From an uncultured Opitutaceae bacterium (GTDB taxonomy: Bacteria; Verrucomicrobiota; Verrucomicrobiia; Opitutales; Opitutaceae), in contig CAIOZY010000017.1 in the NCBI GenBank assembly GCA_903862935.1, positions 5,649 through 69,648 on the forward strand: a stretch of DNA of 64,000 nucleotides, read 5' to 3'. Every line of letters begins with the position of its first letter. Position 1 is the first letter of the stretch. The notes beneath the pieces were generated by a model, which saw only the letters and a list, made by a program, of their open reading frames with translations, was not told the DNA's origin and did not search any database. The translations under genes and the position numbers were made by a program. Of the stretch, positions 59,159 to 64,000 are shown in pieces.

Positions 59159-59932
59159 ATGCCAGCGGAAAAGCCCTTGGTTTACCTAATTCTTGGAGCT
59201 GCCGGCTCCGGACGCCGCGAGGTTGTCGCTGACCTGATCGAGGGAGGCCTCGGCGGGGGCAAGCGTTCCGCGGTCCTGCTCTCTGAGGGCGAGGCTCCCG
59301 ATCCGGCCGACCCGAGGCTCGGTATGGTTGTCCGCTGGCGCTGGATTGCCAATGGGGCGATCGAAGTCGCGGTCCCAGCGGGCTTGGACGTTGTCTTCCT
59401 GATCACCGATGGCCGGAAGAACCCTGTCGACCAGCTCGAAGCCTTCGAGGCTTGGGTCGGCAGCCAGTCCGTCGAACTTGCCCGGGTCCTTTGCGTCGTG
59501 AATTGCCGTCTAGCGGAACTGAACCCTCCGCTGCTTGCCTGGTATGACGCGTGCGTGCACTTCTCCGATGTCGTGCTACTGAACCGCCGGGAGGGGGTTA
59601 CCAACAAGTGGATCACCGGTTTTCAGAACCACATCAAACACCAATTCCTACCGTGCCTCGTAGAAATGGTGAAAGACGGCTGTGTAGCGAACCCTGCCCT
59701 GATCCTCGAACCCCAGGCGCTGCGAATTTCCCACGTCTTTGACGAGGAAGAAGACTGGGTCACCGCAGAAGGTGACGACGCAGAGGCCGAGGATGAGGAT
59801 GGAGCGGGAGCCGGGGGCGAGGAGGAGGTGAAGATGGTTCTCGAGGAGGACCCTTATTTTGCCCGACGGCAGGGTGGGCGCCGAGTCAAGGAACTGCCCG
59901 ACATCGCGGAGTTTCTCAACCGGGCCCACTAG
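59159..59932 (+). CDS. CobW/G3E-like P-loop protein with degenerate Walker A and acidic C-terminus (hypothetical)
   Basis: LILGAAGSGRREV in place of GxxGxGKT, VVFLITDG (IETTG-like) and VVLLNRRE (LNK.D-like). The C-terminus is Asp/Glu-rich. The resemblance to CobW is weak and from recall. Confidence 0.4.
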   Translation: MPAEKPLVYLILGAAGSGRREVVADLIEGGLGGGKRSAVLLSEGEAPDPADPRLGMVVRWRWIANGAIEVAVPAGLDVVFLITDGRKNPVDQLEAFEAWVGSQSVELARVLCVVNCRLAELNPPLLAWYDACVHFSDVVLLNRREGVTNKWITGFQNHIKHQFLPCLVEMVKDGCVANPALILEPQALRISHVFDEEEDWVTAEGDDAEAEDEDGAGAGGEEEVKMVLEEDPYFARRQGGRRVKELPDIAEFLNRAH

Positions 59933-59955
59933 CGGAACTGCGCCTTTCTGGCCCG

Positions 59956-61371
59956 CTAGGCCCCGACATTCGAGCACCGGGGCTCTCCTTTTCCCTTTGG
60001 AGGTTTCGGGTAACTCAATTTTCTTGCGCCCGCGGCTCTGGGCGTGTGTGTTTTCCCTTCCGCTCTTTGCCCAGGTGGTGGAACTGGTAGACACGCAGGT
60101 CTCAGAAGCCTGTGCCTTAAAAGCATGGGGGTTCGAGTCCCCCCTTGGGCACCAACTAGTTGCGTAACCGAAACGCGGACAACGTTGGACAACGCGCTAC
60201 AAACGAGCACGTTGTCACTGTCCTCGCTGGTTGGTTTCTCCGGTTGATCCGGGACAGGGTTACCCTCCTTTGGACACGAATTCCCAGAATTTAGGGAAGC
60301 TATTGAGGAAGGTAAGGTGGCGGCGAGTTTCGCGATCCCGCTAGCTAGGGGGATGCTTTTTTCGTCTGTGTAACGGTCCGTCATTTTCAACGACGCGTGC
60401 CGGACCAGCGTTTTCCGGACGAGATCGGAAACGTCTGCTTCGGCCAGAAGGCTCGCGAACGTATGCCGCAGCGCGTGGAAATCCATGCGATAGCCACGCT
60501 CATCTTTGAAAGGGATGCCGCAGGCCTCCAAATCCTTTGCCAGTGTCCTAACGCTTGGCAAACCGCGCGGAAATACCGGCCCAGCTGCCTCGGGTAGCTT
60601 CGCTCGCTCAGCCCGCAGCAAGTCCGCAAGAGCGGGCACAAGCGGGATCATTCCGCCCTTCTTGTTCTTGGTTGTCTCCGGCCGGAGCCGCAAAGCAGGG
60701 GTGGGGGAGTCCAGGTCCAGATCGCCCCAGCGAAGCTGCTTTAACTCCCCTCGGCGCAGGCCCGTGCAAGCCGCAACGAAATACACCAGCCGCCGTTTTC
60801 CACAGCTTTCCATCAATCGCCCAAATTCCTCCCGCGACAGCGCCCGACGTGTGAACGTCTGCGCGCCTTCGGTCGGCAGTTCGACCACCGATTTCAACGG
60901 GTTGTGCGTGAACCATTCGTTCCGAACAAGCCAATTGAAGAGTGTTGCCGTGTGGTCGAGATAATCATTGAGCGTCTTCGCCGAAAGCGTCGTTTGTTGC
61001 GCCCGCCATTTCAAAAAACCGTCAGCAGTGACATCACGAAGTCGCTTCCAGCCACAATTTACACACAGCGTCGTCACGCGCTCATGGATATGCCGAACAT
61101 AGTCCTCGGACCGATTGCGCTCTTTTAGCTGTGCCACGAACACGGCCAAGTGCCCCGTGATTGGTTGCTCGGCTGCCTCGCGAAGCTTTCTCGGTTGGAG
61201 CAGGCCGAGAAGCTCCTTCTCCTGCTCCTCAACCATGAGACGAGCCTTCGCCTCAGCTACCTCCTTTATATGGGTGTGGAGGGGCACATCGTAGATTCTT
61301 GGCCCGTTACTGAGCCGATACCGTGCCCTATAAACGCGACTCCCCTTTTGCTTAAAAACTCGCATGTGCAT
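59956..61371 (-). CDS. int: tyrosine recombinase / phage-type integrase
   Basis: Catalytic residues in TGLRRGEL (Arg), HALRHTFAS (His-x-x-Arg) and LVRHASLKMTDRYTD (His...Tyr). Start ATG 61371 (or 61365). The frame has no stop until 59956, so the last 66 codons read antisense through tRNA-Leu and host DNA. Confidence 0.85.
   Translation of the reverse strand: MHMRVFKQKGSRVYRARYRLSNGPRIYDVPLHTHIKEVAEAKARLMVEEQEKELLGLLQPRKLREAAEQPITGHLAVFVAQLKERNRSEDYVRHIHERVTTLCVNCGWKRLRDVTADGFLKWRAQQTTLSAKTLNDYLDHTATLFNWLVRNEWFTHNPLKSVVELPTEGAQTFTRRALSREEFGRLMESCGKRRLVYFVAACTGLRRGELKQLRWGDLDLDSPTPALRLRPETTKNKKGGMIPLVPALADLLRAERAKLPEAAGPVFPRGLPSVRTLAKDLEACGIPFKDERGYRMDFHALRHTFASLLAEADVSDLVRKTLVRHASLKMTDRYTDEKSIPLASGIAKLAATLPSSIASLNSGNSCPKEGNPVPDQPEKPTSEDSDNVLVCSALSNVVRVSVTQLVGAQGGTRTPMLLRHRLLRPACLPVPPPGQRAEGKTHTPRAAGARKLSYPKPPKGKGEPRCSNVGA
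59960..59998 (+). terminator. possible intrinsic terminator after the CobW-like gene
   Basis: 6-bp GC stem GCCCCG (59960-59965) / CGGGGC (59078+900 i.e. 59978-59983) with a 12-nt loop, followed by TCTCCTTTTCCCTTT. The stem is short and the loop long, so support is weak. Confidence 0.3.
60069..60154 (+). tRNA. tRNA-Leu (anticodon CAG), class II with long variable arm, CCA encoded
   Basis: GCCCAGG acceptor pairs with CTTGGGC. Anticodon stem CAGGT/GCCTG with loop CTCAGAA (anticodon CAG). Long variable arm TGCCTTAAAAGCAT and T-arm GGGGG-TTCGAGT-CCCCC. By recall it is close to E. coli tRNA-Leu(CAG). Confidence 0.92.
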
Positions 61372-61567
61372 CGTCCTCCACTGGAACGCCCTTGCGGAGA
61401 TAAGCGAGAAGCACACTTCTCCAGATCACCCAGCGCCCGCCTTCCTTGAACGCCTGCAATCTCCCGGTTTGAATTCGACGATAGACAGTCTTTTCGTTTG
61501 CCCGCATTTCGGCAGCCATCTCCGCTACCAAGAGAAGCCGATCAGGTTCTGGTCTCTCCCCGCTCAT
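61352..61567 (-). CDS. xis: excisionase-family (MerR-like HTH) DNA-binding protein
   Basis: LLLVAEMAAEMRANEKTVYRRIQTGRLQAFKEGGRWVIWRSVL is typical of the helix-turn-helix excisionase family. 71 aa. It overlaps the int start by 20 nt. Confidence 0.7.
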   Translation of the reverse strand: MSGERPEPDRLLLVAEMAAEMRANEKTVYRRIQTGRLQAFKEGGRWVIWRSVLLAYLRKGVPVEDDAHASF

Positions 61568-61896
61568 TTTTCCCTCTTTTCTTGCTGGTCGTCAGGTTGC
61601 CCTTTGGGGGGGTCGTTATTTGGCCCATATCCCATTGCGACCATTTGTTTGATGATTTGCTCAGAATTAACCTCGTTGCGCATCTGACCCTGAACCCGGC
61701 GGCTTGTAAGCGTCGCAGTCATGGCTTCTAGGCCGCGCTGCATTAGGTAACGCGCTGCATCAACCTCACTGTTGAGGCTCAGCATGTCGCGGACTTCGCG
61801 AATCTGGCCCAACTCGGGACCGTGAAACCGGAACGTGACCCGAATGATTTCTCTCCCTGCCTCTTTCGAGGCTGATTGCGATTCGATCTTTGCCAT
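61564..61896 (-). CDS. small hypothetical protein, possibly an RHH-type regulator of the element
   Basis: ATG 61896 is preceded by AGGTG. IIRVTFRFHGPELGQIREVRDML...AARYLMQRGLEAM looks like a strand-helix-helix. Its stop overlaps the xis ATG (ATGA). The fold assignment is speculative. Confidence 0.4.
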   Translation of the reverse strand: MAKIESQSASKEAGREIIRVTFRFHGPELGQIREVRDMLSLNSEVDAARYLMQRGLEAMTATLTSRRVQGQMRNEVNSEQIIKQMVAMGYGPNNDPPKGQPDDQQEKREK

Positions 61897-61916
61897 GTGC
61901 GAAATAGCACCTAAAG

Positions 61917-61976
61917 ATGTTAAAATGTCACTTAAAAACGTCAAAAGACGTCATAAAGTGTTAAATAACGTCTACT
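61917..61976 (-). promoter_or_regulatory. candidate promoter with phased ACGTC repeats (operator) for the regulator-xis-int operon
   Basis: On the - strand: TTGACG (61944-61939), 16-nt spacer, TAACAT (61922-61917). ACGTC pentamers start at 61938, 61948 and 61968 on the + strand (10- and 20-bp phasing, one inside a GACGTC palindrome) and overlap or flank the -35. Confidence 0.35.
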
Positions 61977-62208
61977 TAATCAAAGATAAAACTGCCTAGA
62001 AGAAGTTCCAAACTCCTCTTCTTTGACCCTATCTGGAGCTGGTTCAGAGGCCTCAACGTGGCCCCTTTTCTTTAGCCAGACGGCTTCGCGTCTTTTTAAC
62101 CTGATTGCCAGCGACTTACCATGACGCTTTATTCGAGAACGGATCCTGCCGGCTTGCCCATACGTCTAGCAAGCTAGCCCCAGCAGTCTTCAACCAAGAA
62201 GGCACCCA

Positions 62209-63051
62209 ATGCATATCCGATTAGCATTTGCCTCAGCATGCTGCATTTGTTCGGCGATGCTTGCCCTAAGCGGTTGCGATAACTCCTATACCACGAGGTA
62301 CGTCGCTAACCCTGGGATAGTTCCAGCTATCGCACCGCGCTCAAAAGATGCGCCACCGCCTAAGGTTATCCGGGTCGCAAACGCCGAATTTGCCTCCCAG
62401 CGGATGAAACACCAAGGCTATCAGTTGCTTGGCGTTTCACAATTCAGTCTGATAGATCAGTCGGAGTCGCTGAGCGATCCCATGTCGCAGGCCACGACCG
62501 TCGGGGCGGATGTGGTCCTCCTGCAAGTGTCAGATGAGGGTTCCGCTGAGGGTCCCGTCGAGGCCTGGTGGAACGCGGCTGCCGGGGGCCTTGACCCCCA
62601 CAAAAAATTCCAGGTCGTCGCAGCTTTCATGCGGCACGGCTCGAAAACCGTCCCAATCCTCGACCCCGGAGAGGCGCCCGCGACGGCTCTTGCCTTTCAG
62701 ATTATGCCGCCGCCGAAGTCTGTCCATTTCGAGGCGGGCGATGGGATCACGGTTTCCCGGGTGATGGGGAGCCGTGAGAGGATCGAGGCCGGAGGGACTT
62801 ACACCATAGAAGGAGAATACACTCTCGGTTCGGTCGACTCCGCGATCCTTGGGCTCTCAGTTCCTTACCGTGGAGACAGGCTCCCGTGGACTAAGATGGT
62901 TGTGCTGCGGGGATCTGGGTATTTTGCCCTCACCCTGGATGTTCCGCCAATCGAGACCTTCCGTTCACTGCACATAGCATTCTATCCGATCGACGGCTCG
63001 CAGCGCCAGCAAGGCGGGATCTATGTTGCCGACGCAGCGAAGGCGCCGTAG
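62209..63051 (+). CDS. hypothetical lipoprotein (island cargo)
   Basis: Lipobox CSAMLALSGC. 280 aa. I recognise no family. It lies within the lower-GC element, divergent from the int operon. Confidence 0.5.
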   Translation: MHIRLAFASACCICSAMLALSGCDNSYTTRYVANPGIVPAIAPRSKDAPPPKVIRVANAEFASQRMKHQGYQLLGVSQFSLIDQSESLSDPMSQATTVGADVVLLQVSDEGSAEGPVEAWWNAAAGGLDPHKKFQVVAAFMRHGSKTVPILDPGEAPATALAFQIMPPPKSVHFEAGDGITVSRVMGSRERIEAGGTYTIEGEYTLGSVDSAILGLSVPYRGDRLPWTKMVVLRGSGYFALTLDVPPIETFRSLHIAFYPIDGSQRQQGGIYVADAAKAP

Positions 63052-63124
63052 TTGCACGAGGACCGAAGCCCCTTGCGTGGAGTTCGGCTAGCTGCCGCTT
63101 GTTGGCTCCAATCCTCTATCTTTC

Positions 63125-64000
63125 TTAGAAAGGATCGGTGCGCCAGTTTTCATGCTCGATGCCGAACGGCCCGGTTTTCTTCGGTTTCGATTCGAAACCT
63201 ACCGGGACCGTCGGGCTATCGCCCAACAAGACGCGCCTAAACTCCTTTGATTCCGGATCGCCAGCCACACGCCAATTCCAGAGAGCCCCGAGATTTTTTG
63301 CACGATTGTTGACAGCAGCGGCTGCCAGTAACTCATCCACCCACGACGGCGGCTCTTCGGCGCGCCCATCCAACACAAACAGGATTTTGCCGAGTAGCCG
63401 CCGCTCACGCACTTGGGACTGAACGACCGGCACACAATGGCAGTCAGTAGCTCCCGGCTCAAACCCGCCATCCGGGCCGACTGGATCGGCCGCAGCGTGT
63501 GCCGCCGTCGGCCAGTGCTGTAACGGGAAGTCAAAGACGTACTCAGAAATATGAAAGGCCCAACGCGGGCCGAACTTGCGAACCCATCCGTCTGAATCGC
63601 TAATTCCGTTTAACTTCGAAAGAGCCCCCAGCTTGGCGCGCCAGAGCCACCCGCGGAATGCATACGGACCGGCCCACGAGAATCGGCATGAACACTTTCG
63701 ATGTGCCCTCGCCGTGCCCCAGTATGACCGTAGTCGCGCCCGCTTGTCCTCGATCCGGCGTTTTTGGAAATGCTTCGAAATGTATTTTGAGACGTACCGT
63801 GCGACACCCTCAGACGAGCTCTTTATCGGGAGGCAATCAACCACTCGCCCAAACCCGTACTTCACAACGTTCTGCCGGAGCCACGCGTAAGCGGATCGGC
63901 AAGCCTTGTTGAGCGACCGTAAATCCCCCCGCTCGATTGCACCGAAATCCGCTCCCGTCCAAACGTCCTCCCCCGCGTCCAGAAGACAGTGAAAATGCAC
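63125..64000 (-). CDS. HUH-superfamily rolling-circle replication initiator (Rep), C-terminal 291 codons; N-terminus beyond window
   Basis: HUH motif HFHCLL at the window edge and the two-tyrosine motif YVSKYISK, which by recall resembles the phiX174 gpA active site YVAKYVNK. The ORF is open at base 64000. Confidence 0.65.
   Translation of the reverse strand: MHFHCLLDAGEDVWTGADFGAIERGDLRSLNKACRSAYAWLRQNVVKYGFGRVVDCLPIKSSSEGVARYVSKYISKHFQKRRIEDKRARLRSYWGTARAHRKCSCRFSWAGPYAFRGWLWRAKLGALSKLNGISDSDGWVRKFGPRWAFHISEYVFDFPLQHWPTAAHAAADPVGPDGGFEPGATDCHCVPVVQSQVRERRLLGKILFVLDGRAEEPPSWVDELLAAAAVNNRAKNLGALWNWRVAGDPESKEFRRVLLGDSPTVPVGFESKPKKTGPFGIEHENWRTDPF

Larger units (their letters stand above)
60155..64000. 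mobile_element. integrative element inserted at the 3' end of tRNA-Leu (left end only; continues beyond the window)
   Basis: A tyrosine integrase directly abuts the tRNA 3' end. It is followed by an excisionase, a small regulator-like gene, an orphan lipoprotein and an HUH Rep. Composition is visibly more AT-rich than the flanking chromosome (e.g. 61921-61980 is 16/60 G+C). Confidence 0.7.

Overview
High-GC bacterial chromosomal segment. The protein repertoire (many prepilin-type pseudopilins, Ig-like repeat proteins, ECF sigma/anti-sigma pairs) hints at Verrucomicrobiota or the wider PVC group, but this taxon guess is low confidence. About the first 42 kb is densely packed housekeeping: sdhAB, lysA, gpsA, mdh, DAHP synthase, aroE, purE, a deoC-ALDH-ALDH-deoA nucleoside catabolism operon, an ABC-F ATPase, an MFS transporter and a TonB-dependent receptor, plus two ECF sigma/anti-sigma modules. 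From 42.7 to 57.8 kb lies a type II secretion (T2SS) locus split into two convergent operons, gspGHIJK plus L/M analogues on the + strand and gspDEF on the - strand. These operons bracket a DUF3570/ApbE/TlpA/DUF4266 envelope module and a large Ig-repeat protein. After aroC and a degenerate CobW-like gene there is a tRNA-Leu(CAG), followed directly by a visibly lower-GC integrative element. That element carries a tyrosine integrase, an excisionase, a small regulator-like gene with a phased-repeat operator, a lipoprotein and an HUH rolling-circle Rep, and it runs off the window end. I saw no rRNA, CRISPR array or IS element. The most interesting candidates are the ApbE-linked module, whose DUF3570-like protein has a flavinylation-type motif, the unusual T2SS architecture around it, and the tRNA-Leu island. 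Many long antisense ORFs in the track are high-GC artefacts.
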